Below, in pieces: positions 39,330 through 51,207 of a stretch of 64,000 nt of DNA; position 1 is the stretch's first letter, and every line of letters starts with the position of its first letter. The stretch is from Bispira polyomma (Eukaryota). The DNA lies in contig OZ287760.1 of NCBI GenBank assembly GCA_965649765.1, positions 25,978,001-26,042,000 of the forward strand, read 5' to 3'. The translations under genes and the position numbers were made by a program. The notes under the pieces are model-generated. The model worked only from the letters and a program-made list of their open reading frames with translations. It was not told where the DNA came from and did no database searches.

Positions 39330-39505
39330 CTGTGAACAGAAAAAAGGAATTTTCTATCAATTCTATATCAGACATAATAGAACTATAAGACTATAATCTC
39401 TGTTGTAAAAAAAAAACATTTATATAATTATACCACATCTATTTTAAAAACACTTAATGGTAATAGTTGAGCAGATACTGTACTAAAGTAGAGTGTGGTG
39501 GATAC

Positions 39506-39598
39506 ATTCTTAAATCCCTGCAGTACATCTTTCTTTTTGCTAGAACACCACACCAAGCAGAGGATAGAATCTATATTAAATAACCAGATTATATACAC
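39506..39598 (-). CDS. Tentative internal exon of the same gene
   Basis: GACAG|...|GTATCC, 93 nt, phase 0-0, VYIIWLFNIDSILCLVWCSSKKKDVLQGFKN; splice sites are only moderate. Confidence 0.45.
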
Positions 39599-40048
39599 CT
39601 GTCTTGTTGAACAAACAGTTGTAGTACAATAAATATAATATAGTATACACAGAGCTGAATATATCTTGTTAATTTACCATAGGGCACCTCCCCCCCACCC
39701 CCTCATTGATATATAACTATTGTTTGCTGTAATAATAAGATGCATGTACAACAGATTTCAGAAAAATATATATATATTTTAGTGTAATGGTATAATAAAG
39801 TCTACGTTTTACATACTATATATTAGATCTCAATAAGGCTTTGCTATTTTTATAGAATACATTTCTACCATTTCACACAGAAAGGGGTTGGCCTGAGACT
39901 GAATTGATCACATCCTAGTAACAGAGATTAGTATATTGGGAAGGGGGCTTACCAAAACTTAAATATTGGGGACGATGCTTACTAAAACTTGGGCAGGGTG
40001 CTTACTAAAACTTAAGTATTGGGAAGAATGCTGATCAAAACCTCTAAC

Positions 40049-40125
40049 CTTTGCAGACTTCCGGGTGGCAGTGGCAGCCGTGATACAGGCGGCACCTAGC
40101 GGTAGTTGTCCTGAACTAGAAAACA
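40049..40125 (-). CDS. Internal exon of the same gene
   Basis: TGTTTCAG|...AAG|GTTAGA, 77 nt, phase 1 to 0, (V)FSSSGQLPLGAACITAATATRKSAK; an alternative in-frame acceptor exists at 40110. Confidence 0.65.
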
Positions 40126-40484
40126 CTGAAACAGACACACAGCATCAACCGGCCTTTACACACACACTTGCATAACTTACATTAATTTTGAAATAATCAT
40201 TACTGACTCGTATACAAAATTGTACAAGTGAATAATCAACACTGGGAATTCACTTTAGTCTAGCTACTCAGCTTCGACAGTGAAAAATTATTTGTAAATT
40301 AAAATTAATCCATTTGTATAAATATGTAATATTTGGAAATAATTCAAGCAAATTTCCTAAAAATGGAAAATTAGTGAAAATAAGTTTTCATTGATACACA
40401 AAAATCATTGTTTAAAGTTCAAACGCCTGTTTTTTAGAGTAACTGTAAGTAGAATCCTTAGTTTTCTGATGCAATATAGGTTAC

Positions 40485-40640
40485 ATACCTACACCACAGA
40501 GGAAGACAATATAAGCCATACCTATACATACTTATACCACATGATAAGCCTATAAAAGGCATACCTATACAGACCTATACCACAAAAGGAGCCTATAAAA
40601 GCAATACATACCTATACCACAAAAAAAGCCTATATAAGAC
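40485..40640. repeat. Degenerate 40-47 bp tandem copies of an exon 3' end plus splice donor
   Basis: On the minus strand the motif TATAGGC...TGTGGTATAG|GTATGT recurs about four times. Confidence 0.7.
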
Positions 40641-40748
40641 AAGAGAGTGGCCAGTAAGGTCTTGCCGGCCAAGTGACTGTCCAGCTCATCAATAAGTTGT
40701 CTGGCCTGCACTAACTGGACCTCACACACTTTAATCCGGGCATTGATC
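40612..40748 (-). CDS. Internal exon of the same gene
   Basis: CTTTTCCAG|...ATAG|GTATGT, 137 nt, phase 2 to 1, INARIKVCEVQLVQARQLIDELDSHLAGKTLLATLLSYIGFFCGI; phases match both neighbours. Confidence 0.7.
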
Positions 40749-41078
40749 CTGGAAAAGGTCAGCACTTTTGTACTGTGTACACGTCTTCAAAAATACAGCT
40801 GATATAGCAATTTTAAATTTAAATGATAGCTGGTGCTACTTTTCTGTCAGATGCGTAACAGTTTATGTTTAGATTTCTAAATTTTATACATTGAAATAGA
40901 AATGTACATCATTAAGATTTATCTTGTATATACATCATAGAATTCAATTAAATGTACCAATTTTACACTGTATCTCAAAAGGGTCAAACAGACCTTTTCT
41001 AAATATTCTGGAATTGCAGCACATAATCAGAATTCTATTTTGGCAATGACAGTTCTGTTCTGCCAATAATAAGGCCAA

Positions 41079-41129
41079 TGTAACTCCACGGGTAGTGTAA
41101 CTCCACGGGTAGTGTAACTCCACGGGTAG
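41079..41129. repeat. 17-bp unit, three copies
   Basis: (TGTAACTCCACGGGTAG)x3. Confidence 0.9.
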
Positions 41130-41302
41130 CTGTTCAAGAGAACAAATATTTGAGTGATTTTACACTTCATGTACGTGCTAAAAGGCCAAGGCCTGAATGC
41201 CCAGATAAACGCAGAAACTTATATCCTAGATGTATAAATTGTTCTCACTGATTTCATCAAGCACAGATTATTCTCTTCACATCTAAAATGTGAACATATG
41301 GT

Positions 41303-41450
41303 GGTCCCCCATGGCAAAGTGGTTAAAGAGTTGGTCTATTGGTCATAAAGTCCTGGGTTCTACTCCGGTACCGGCTAAATATCATTGGGGACCTTGATAA
41401 ATAGTCATCCTCAAGTCTCTCACTTCAGTTAGGGGAATGACAGTAACTGA
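41303..41450 (+). mobile_element. Degenerate tRNA-headed SINE, possibly CORE-like
   Basis: A box TGGCAAAGTGG, B box GGTTCTACTCC, then GGGGACCTTGATAAATAGTCATCC...CTCTCACTTCAGTT, loosely resembling the CORE domain. Confidence 0.55.
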
Positions 41451-41854
41451 TGCAGTTGATTGGAAAAGGAAAGGGTTAATTATGGCTCTAAATACTAGAT
41501 GAAGGTAGAGATTAGTGCGGAGTATAAATCGGAATATGACTGTATGATTGAATATTCCCTATATATTATAAATGGCATCCACTTTACCCCTCAGAAACAA
41601 TATGTAGTATCGCAGATAATATCTTCTGAAGAATACTTTATTCAAACAATGAATCACTTGATTTTAATTATTATTGGAATAAATCTGGTACAAGAGTTAA
41701 ATATTAATGCTTTTCTTAGATTAAGCATTTATATCCTACAAGGGAAGATGCTGCCACACACCATTGGTTTTAACAATTATTTTTGAGCAGGTAGCATATA
41801 GAAGTAAAACTCAAGATTTAGGTGAAGGTATTTTTTACAATACAAACCTATTAC

Positions 41855-42096
41855 CTGTTCATCTGAAAAGCCAGCTGTACAGTTTGTAGCAGACCCAAAT
41901 CTCCGCCCTGGAGGATCACAGCTTCCAGACATGAATCAAGACGTGCAGCAAAGCCTTCTACCTTGACCCGCAGCTGATCAATACTCTGCTTCACATTGAC
42001 CATGAAGCTATTAATTTCCTCTCTGGCTGCTTCGTCAACGAGGAAGTGTTCTGAGATGGAGGCTGTGACGTCATAAGTACTATGTATATTGGTAAC
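41855..42096 (-). CDS. Internal exon of the same gene
   Basis: CTGTACAG|...AACAG|GTAATA, 242 nt open, phase 0 to 2, VTNIHSTYDVTASISEHFLVDEAAREEINSF...LAFQMN. Confidence 0.8.
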
Positions 42097-42299
42097 CTGT
42101 ACAGTGGGGAAATGTGAAGGTCAATAGGAGGTATTCAATATATTATGACAATAAGTGTGCATGTGCTTACGAATACTTCATGATATCACGGCAAACAAGC
42201 ATTTCCACATCTGAAAATATACTGGGGTATATTGATGATATTAAACTGTTGTTACTCCTGTAAAGGCTGTAAACCTGTAAAATGTTCAGAAGGCCTCCG

Positions 42300-42497
42300 A
42301 ACCAATGGGATGACCCAAGTTAGTCACCTTTTCAGTGGAGGCCAGTGCTCTGTACACCAATGGGATAACATTTCACTTAATGTTTGTCACCTTTTCAGTA
42401 GAGGCAAGTGTTTTCTGCACCAATGGGATAACGTTTTACTTATTGTTAGTCACCTTTTCAGTAGAGGCCAGAGCTCTCTGCACCAATGGGATGACCC
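42300..42497. repeat. 63-bp tandem copies of an exon 3' end plus splice donor
   Basis: GTCACCTTTTCAGT(A/G)GAGGC at 42323, 42386 and 42449; the last copy is the real exon end. Confidence 0.9.
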
Positions 42498-42672
42498 TAT
42501 ACAAAGCCCTGGCTCCAGCTCTTAGGTCACCCCTCCTCAGTAGACGGCTCACATTGTTAAGGAAGTGTCTCAAAGAGTTCCACTCCTCCTGCTCAGGCAC
42601 CTTCTCTACTACTTGTTCTGCCATGGAGGCCAACTGACCTCCCCATTGGTAGAGCCAGGGAATGCTCTCCAT
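42454..42672 (-). CDS. First recognisable coding exon of the same gene
   Basis: TTGTTTACCACAG|ATG...GAAAAG|GTGACT, 219 nt, phase 0-0, MESIPWLYQWGGQLASMAEQ...RALASTEK. Confidence 0.8.
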
Positions 42673-42689
42673 CTGTGGTAAACAATGAA

Positions 42690-45365
42690 AAACAAGTAAG
42701 TCAGCTGACCTCCCCAATGGTAAAGCCAGCCATTACCCTACATCTATAGTACCAACAATAAATAAATATGAAGTAAGTAGAGCCAGCCCATACCCTACAT
42801 CTATAGTACCAACAAAAAACAAACAATAAGTAAGTAAAGCCAGCCCATACCCTACATCTATAGTAACAACAATAAACAATAAGTAAGTAGAGCCAGCCCA
42901 TACCCTACATCTATAGTAACAACATTAAACAAACAATAAGTACGTAGAGCCAGTATATGTCCTACATCTATAGTAACAACAATAAATAAACAATAAGTAA
43001 GTAGAGCCAGTCCATACCCTACATCTATAGTAACAACAGAAAACCACAAGTAAGTAGAGCCAGTCCATACCCTACATCTATAATAAGAAACAATAAACAA
43101 TAAGTAAGTAGAGCCAGCCCATACCCCACATCTATAGTAACAACAACAAACAATAAGTAAGTAGAGGCAGTACATACCCTACATCTATAGTAACAACAAT
43201 AAATAATAAGTAAGTAGAGCCAGTCCATACCCTACATCTATAGTAACAACAATAAATAATAAGTAAGTAGAGCCAGCCCGTACCCTACATCTATAGTAAC
43301 AATAATAAACAAACGATAAGTAATTAGAGCCAGTCCATACCCTACATCTACAGAAACAAGAAATTAACAATAAGTAAGTAAAGCCAGTACATACCCTACA
43401 TCTATAGTAACAACAGAAAACCACAAGTAAGTAGAGCCAGCCCATACCCTACATCTATAGTACCAACAATGAACACAACAAGTAAGTAGACCCAGTCCAT
43501 ACCCTACATCTATAGTAAGAAACAATAAACAATAAGTAAGTAGAGCCAGTACATACCCTACATCTATAGTAACAACAATAAACAATAAATAAGTAGAGCC
43601 AGCCCATACCCTACATCTATAGTAAGAAACAATAAACAAACGATAAGTAAGTAGAGCCAGTCCATACCCTACATCTATAGTAGGAAACAATAAACAATAA
43701 GTAAGTAGAGCCAGTACATACCCTACATCTATAGTAACAACAATAAACAGTAAGTAAGTAGAGCCAGTCCATACCCTACATCTATAGTAACAACAACAAA
43801 AAATAAGTAAGTAGAGCCAGTCCATACCCTACATCTATGGTACCAACAATAAATAAACAATAAGTAAGTAGAGCCAGTCCATACCCTACATCTATAGTAA
43901 CAACAATAAACACAATAAGTAAGTAGAGCCAGTCCATGCCCTACATCTATAGTACAAACAATAAACAATAAGTAAGTACAGCCAGTTCATACCCTACATC
44001 TATAGTAACAACAATAAACACAATAAGTAAGTAGAGCCAGTCCATGCCCTACATAACAACAGTAACAACAGAAAACCACAAGTAAGTAGAGCCAGCCCAT
44101 ACCCTACATCTATAGTAAGAAATAATAAACAATAAGCAAGTAGAGCCAGTCCATACCCTACATCTATAGTAAGAAACAATAAACAATAAGTAAGTAGAGC
44201 CAGTCCATACCCTACATCTATAGTAAGAAACAATAAACAATAAGTAAGTAGAGCCAGCCCATACCCTACATCTATAGTAACAACAATAAACACAACAAGT
44301 AAGTAGAGCCAGCCCATACCCCACATCTATAGTAACAACAACAAACAATAAGTAAGTAGAGCCAGTACCTACCCTAGATCTATAGTAACAACAATAAATA
44401 ATAAGTAAGTAGAGGCAGTCCATACCCTACATCTATAGTAACAACAATAAATAATAAGTAAGTAGAGCCAGCCCGTACCCTACATCTATAGTAACAATAA
44501 TAAACAAACGATAAGTAATTAGAGCCAGTCCATACCCTACATCTACAGAAACAAGAAATTAACAATAAGTAAGTAAAGCCAGTACATACCCTACATCTAT
44601 AGTAACAACAATAAATAATAAGTAAGTAGAGCCAGTCCATACCCTACATCTATAGTAACAACAGAAAACCACAAGTAAGTAGAGCCAGTCCATACCGTAC
44701 ATCTATAGTAAGAAACAATAAACAATAAGTAAGTAGAGCCAGTCCATGCCCTACATCTATAGTAACAACAATAAACAATAAGTAAGTAGAGCCAGCCCAT
44801 ACCCTACATCTATAGTAACAACAACAAAAAATAAGTAAGTAGAGCCAGTCCATACCCTACATCTATGGTACCAACAATAAATAAACAATAAGTAAGTAGA
44901 GCCAGTCCATACCCTACATCTATAGTAACAACAATAAAGACAATAAGTAAGTAGAGCCAGTCCATGCCCTACATAACAACAGTAACAACAGAAAACCACA
45001 AGTAAGTAGAGCCAGCCCATACCCTACATCTATAGTAAGAAACAATAAACAATAAGTAAGTAGAGCCAGTCCATACCCTACATCTATAGTAAGAAACAAT
45101 AAACAATAAGTAAGTAGAGCCAGCCCATATCCTACATCTATAGTAACAATAATAAACACAACAAGTAAGTAGAGCCAGTCCATGCCCTACATCTATAGTA
45201 AGAAACAATAAACAATAAGTAAGTAGAGCCAGTCCATGCCCTACATCTATAGTAACAACAATAAACACAACAAGTAAGTAGAGCCAGTCCATACCCTACA
45301 TCTATAGTACAAACAATAAATAAGTAATAAGTAAATTACTGACCCCTCCACTGGTAAAGCCAGAT
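42690..45365. repeat. Intronic minisatellite, ~53-57 bp unit, roughly 48 copies; outlying copies at 46560-46647
   Basis: Consensus AGTAAGTAGAGCCAGTCCATACCCTACATCTATAGTAACAACAATAAACAATA. Confidence 0.97.
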
Positions 45366-46649
45366 CCCACCAAGCAGATGACCTTGTATGAAGACTTGGA
45401 GGAAGTAATCAGACCTTTTTGCCAGTTATTCACTATACTTCTTATTCACGTATGTGTATATGATGAGGGTGTAAAGGGGTCTAATTTATAGATTGGTGTA
45501 CATTTTTTATTTTTAATGAGAAACACGTTCTAAGAGAAGAATTAAAAGAATCAAAATAGTTAATACACCGATAGTGATTAAAAATATGTTTAAACCAGCC
45601 AAAATTAAAGAAATATTGTAGTTTTTTTTATGTGGTAAATATTAATTAGTACATTCACTTTTAACTCCAACAAACACCTGTGCTGTTAATATCAAGTACA
45701 TTTACAATTCTAACTCGTAGAAATCATGTTACTCTGAAATTACATGAGTATGGTACCGCGACTGTGTTGGCCATTATTAATTAAACCACATACTGTTTAT
45801 TATAGTCAAAGTAAACAAACCTACTTACTGTTTAATACATAGTGACAAAAACTTCCTTTAGTTTTTTTAACGAAAGGCAGTAAGTCCACGTCAGCACTGA
45901 GAGGTGTACTGGATTAGTGGGGGATTGGTGAGTAGTAGCTCCAGACTGAGTAAAACACACAGAGTGATAGCACGTCAGCAACTGGAGAAGTAGCAGCAAG
46001 TATTAGGCAGTGTACTGAGTGTGATGTACTGAGTAAACACTGGATCATTGTATAGACATTCTAGGTAAGCAATGAGCTCTAACACACTGTTACACTTAGG
46101 ATCCTATGGTCATGTACTGGGCCATACTGTGTGACCAACACACAGGGATGCATGCAATGTGTTTATTGAGGACTGTAGTTTTCAGCCCAGTAAAATGTAG
46201 GTAGTAATACTAAAGTGGTTAGACATATGAAAGTTTTAACTTTAAGGAAGCACGTCGACCACAGGTTTTCATAATTTAAAAATGTATGTTGTCTTATGGC
46301 CTTTTTCTAGACTAATCCTAAAGATCATTATTAAGTTGGAAACAAACCCCTTTCCCCGTATTCAATAACAGACAAGTAATCTAGTATACATTTTGTGCTT
46401 CATTTAAGCCTAATTTTAATATGTGACCTGTCTTAGTGAATACTTTACAAAGGCAACATGTGTGACCACAAGGCCAGAGATAATGTTGCCCTTATTACTA
46501 TTGAACTCTAAACAGTTTTGAGTAGCTTTCATAATACCAGGGTCCTTATGAGTAGTATAGAGTGAGCCAAACGCCCATGCCCTAAATCTATAGTAACAAC
46601 AGAAAACAATAAGTAGGTAGAGCCAGTCCATACCCTACATCTATAGTGA

Positions 46650-47260
46650 AGGTGCTATGGCAACCACGGTTGCTAGGGTGGTTGCTATGGTGATGCAACA
46701 AATCGTCGCAAACTGTGCGATAAATCGTCGCAAACTGTGCGACTATTTGTCGCAAGCAAAATGCCACAAGGGGCATTAATTCTAAGTGTGTTAGAAAAGC
46801 TTGGGTTGTGATTTTTAATTTGGTGTAAATTATGTTCTTGTAGTGTACATAGTCACTGAGTTATAGCCGTTTAAATAAAATCTTATATTTTCATGAATTC
46901 TGATTTTTTATTAAAACAAGCCAAAAAAATAGCTATGTAACGTAGATGATATCTCACAGGATACTTAATGGATTTTGATGCAATAACAACTGTCAGAAAG
47001 CACATACTCTGGGCTTTAAAATGATATAATTTTTATATGTATAGGTAAGATACTCACTGAGATATAACCTTTAACAAAATATCTTGTATGTTCGCAAATT
47101 CTGATTTTTTGTTAAAACATGCAAAACATAGTTATGTAACGTAGATGATATCTCACACGCTACTGGATTGATGCTGTAAAACTATTGAAAAGCACAGACT
47201 ATGGGCTTTCAGATGATATAAACTATGTATTTATAGAGTATATAGTGACTAGAACAACTC
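46650..47260. mobile_element. Helitron/Helentron-like non-autonomous fragment with two ~200-bp internal repeats
   Basis: Repeat units start at ~46850 and ~47050 (CACTGAG...TATGTAACGTAGATGATATCTCACA...GGGCTTT); GTTGCTA(G/T)GG motifs at the left end. Confidence 0.5.
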
Positions 47261-47261
47261 G

Positions 47262-49356
47262 CTAGGGTTGATGTAAAGTTTATCCCTCCCAGGTCTACAA
47301 TTAATAGTAAAATGGTCCAAAACCCTGCAAAACAGAAATTCGATTAAAATTCTAAATGTTCCACGTATCAGCAATTCCATCCTATGCCCAGTAGTGGCCA
47401 TAAGAAATCTCCTGGCTATTTGTCAAGGCTCAAAGAACTCCCCTTTGTTTCAGTTCAAGACGCTAAATGACAGGGTTCCTCTCACAGATTCAAAATTAAG
47501 GTACAACCTTAAACAGATTTTAGCAAGATTAACTCTAAATGATTCTCTTATTTGATTTCACGACTTCAGGCAGTCAGGTACAACCTTGGCCTTTAACAAC
47601 CACGTCCCTCTGCAAGAAATTCAAAGCCATGGCACTTGGACTTCCGAGTGTGTATGGAAGTACATTAAAACGAATCACAATGCACCAGACCAAGTAGCCC
47701 TCGCTTTCCAAAACTTGCTTTCTAACCCTACTGTCTAAATTGCGTTTGGTGTTGCTAAATTAAAACACCATATTAAAGTTAAGATGGCCTCAAACTCAAA
47801 TCTTGGCATCTTAAATTATGATGACCTCAATCTCAAAAACTTCACTTCACTTTAGGGTAAACTTAACCTAAACCTTAAACTTAATCTCAGTTTAAGGAGT
47901 CATTTTTCACAACCTTAAACTTTGGTGGTCTTAGTCTTTAGATCTGTGCATAAAGTAGAATAGCATAGATTAAACTAATTATCCCAAGGGCTATACTTTT
48001 AGTTATTATCACCTTCAAGGTCAAATAGGGCACTGTGTAAGGTAGCCCGAAGGGGCTAGTAGGGTCAGTGCTAGTAAGACCTTTTTTGGAAGACAATCTT
48101 GTTCTGGTGACCTTAAAATCTGATTAGTGCTAATTAACCTAATTAGGGGAAGATCTCCCGCCAAATACCCTAAGGGGTTCAGTATTAAGTTAGAGTCAAC
48201 AATGCAGTACGCCATTTTAAATGTATATAAATTTGTTCCCACCCTCATACCCTACTTACTCCTGTTTTTCAGTTATAGCGTCATCTGGGAGCAAGCTGCA
48301 GAAGGTGGGGCTCCTTTTTCTCCACTTTACGCTCTCAGGCGCAGGGGGGCGAGGGAGTTCCGGAGTGGGGCTTTGACCTGTCAGCAGCATGGCTCGACTG
48401 CAGTCTTTCACTCTGGTTCCTCCTTTGGGACCCTCAGGGCTCCCACCTTCCTGTCTGCACCCCTTTGACTGGGTAACACCAGCCCCCTAAATGGGACCAA
48501 CTTTCTTTTTATAGTTGGAAGCAGGAGAAGATATAACCTCTTCAATAATTGTATATCACATAAATGTTGTCACAATTGTATTTCATGATCTAAATGTCAA
48601 GTAATGTTGTCAGTTATGTATGTATAAAGAGTTCAAGTTGGCACAAGGTGCTTCCACATGTTGGACATGTCTTAACCGATAGTGTGTAGTTTCAGATTGC
48701 TTGGAGCAAGTGGTGGACACACAAGGCTCAGCCTCTATCAGTAAGCAAGCTTCACTGGTGCACTCAAATCTCAGGATCAAGCTCACAAAATACCTTAATG
48801 TACAAATTCTAACTCGATTTGCCTCGATTTTGCAACCTCTGCGTATGTAACAAGGGTTTGCATTAGGCAAGCATGTAAGGCTGAGTAAGCTAGTGGTGTA
48901 TCTTTTAAGGTCTAATTCAGATGTGCTTTTAGTTAATTTTTTAGTTTTTTAGCTAGAACAGGGTTGCTTTTATTTTTATTTTAGTTTTACTTCTTCTACA
49001 CTGTTTTGTATCTTCTTTTATTTATGTTGTTGCTTTTACTCCAAATTATACCTAAATAATATACTCATGTTATTAAGACTAAACCCACCTCTATCAGAAA
49101 CTCAGAACTAAAATGAAATAAAAATCAATTTAAGGTTACCCTAAATTAAAACACCATATTTAATTTAAGATGGCCTTCTTAAACTTAATCTCAGTTTAAG
49201 AAGTCACTTTTTACAACCTTAAACTTAGTCTTTAGATCTGTGCATAAAGTACAATAACATAAATAACATAGAATAAACTAATTATCCCAAGGGCTATACT
49301 TTTACTTAGTTATTATCACCTTCAAGGTCAAATAGGGCACTGAGCGTAGCTGAAGG
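47262..49356 (+). mobile_element. 3' end of an Ngaro-like element: YR C-terminal half (47262-47738) plus split direct repeat
   Basis: IVKWSKTLQNR...LCPVVAI...FHDFRQSGTTLAF...HGTWTSECVWKYI...*. The post-stop segment 47755-48053 is repeated at 49141-49356. Confidence 0.88.
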
Positions 49357-49359
49357 AAG

Positions 49360-49930
49360 GAGGGACAATAGAGGCAAAGTGTTTTTGGATATGCTGTAGT
49401 TTTATATTATAATAAATGCCAAGAATGCACCAGATTGTCCAAAACAAAGGAAATGAATGACCTTCCAATGGTATGTTTAAGGTCATAAGTACTTTCTCAA
49501 GTGTGTCCCTAAGTTTTGTATCAGTCAAGCAGTTACTCTGTTTTTAACCACGGTTAGCTAAAAAAGGTGTTTTGGTAACATCTGATATTTTTGAAATAGA
49601 ACTGTTGCTTCCCTCACTGGACACAGCCAAGGGTTTTTAAGCTGAGGAAGTTGAATTATGTATATTTCTAGGTGTACTTTTAGACTGATTTGTTTAGACC
49701 ACCTTAAGATCAGACGAATGCCAGGGGCAAAGATGACATCTGATCTTGTATGTGCCGAGTTGGGTCAAAATTTTCCCAGAGGTAGTTATAAGGTTAGAGA
49801 TATATATAACAAGTGTATGTAATATATGGATGTCAGTTTGACAGAAAGTGAATGTAAGACAATTTTCACAAACTGTGGCAATGTCATGTATTAAGAGTCT
49901 CTGAACATACAGCTGAAATTGACTCATTCT
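49360..49930 (-). pseudogene. Highly degenerate tyrosine recombinase fragment (Ngaro-like)
   Basis: GIRLILRWSK, QLPQLKNPWLCPV, LTDTKLRDTLEKVL...GHSF, KLQHIQKH. Confidence 0.75.
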
Positions 49931-51207
49931 TAGAGCTTTGTCATAACCTCACATTGGGTATAACTCATATGTTTATGTTGATAATACTAATAATACTATA
50001 ACAAGAGAAGCTTTAATACCTATTACACACGCAAACGTTCCTGTTTTTAATTAAAACCGCTAAGCTTTTATATTTCACTTAAATTAATTTCTCCCTTGAA
50101 TATTATCCAGGGTAAGAACATAACAAGAGACGTCCCTGAGAGATTTATTAAAAATGTAAGTGTTTCACCTCAAGTTCAAAGGTAGCAGTCCAATAAGAGC
50201 AATTAAGGTCACATGTCATTGTGATGAGCCTCAGAACTTTCATGTAAAAGTTATAACATGACAATTTGAGGTCTTACGGCTTTAGTAACATGAACACAAA
50301 GCCAATGGATTATAATATTACTTTTTTGTGTTTAGTCTATATTTTCCACTAAAGTTCCCTTAAACTTAAGGTTAAGTAAGATATTTCTAATACTTTAGTT
50401 GGGAATAACTTCAAAAGTCAATAATTAATGTCATGTTAAACAGGATGCACAGCTTTAGTTGGAATTGCTAAAGAACAGAAAGTTGTAGTAGTAAAGTGTG
50501 CAGACCAAGAACCCTACTTACAAAAGGTCTCAGTCTTAACTTAGTCTGAAGTCTTTAAAGTGATGTCTAAAATATCTATGACTGCCTACTGTTAGTCTTA
50601 GTATTAAGAGTAAAGTTAACCCTGACAAAAAGACATTTCTTACAGGTCACAGGGACTAACACAAAAATCTTAACCATTTCAGCACAAACCAAAAACCTTG
50701 AGCTTAAGACAAAGTTGAGGTCTACATCACCATTCCAAAGTATTTGATTACTAGTCAAATGTCTGAGACCAAGACTGGAAAGCCACTATTTTCTGTACTT
50801 TGCCTAAAGATGACCTTAGCCAGTGTGAGAAAAATCAGCAAACCAGCGAACCTGAGCACACTGAATTGTCAACCTGAACCCAAGAAGTTTTTCTTTAGTC
50901 ACTAATCCCCGAGCCTGTCTCTGATCCTACTATTATAGATATAAAGAAAGTATTTCGTCCGATGCTTTAACTTTTAAACACAGAAAAGTGCTGATCAAAG
51001 AAGCTTTGATACAATGTTCGTTTTGGTGTTTTGTGTTTCTTTAGGTGTTTTTAAACAGTTTTTTTACTAGACAAAAAATAGAGTTAGATTTTAGCAATAC
51101 ATTTGTTGTGAATTGTCCTCAACCAGTATTTTTACTTTCCATTTTCAATCAGTTCTACGTTAGAAAGTCCTTACTTAAATTACAAATAAACTCCTGCATG
51201 TACCTAA

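Noticed and set aside
42701-45292. Many overlapping Cys/Tyr/Leu-rich ORFs in the ORF track
   Set aside because: They are translations of the minisatellite in different frames, not genes.
42690-45365. CRISPR-like appearance (constant block plus variable A-rich part)
   Set aside because: The variable parts are related to each other rather than unique spacers, the context is eukaryotic, and no cas genes are present.
45880-46160. Coding-looking GC-richer stretch between satellite blocks
   Set aside because: No frame with convincing splice sites that fits the gene model.
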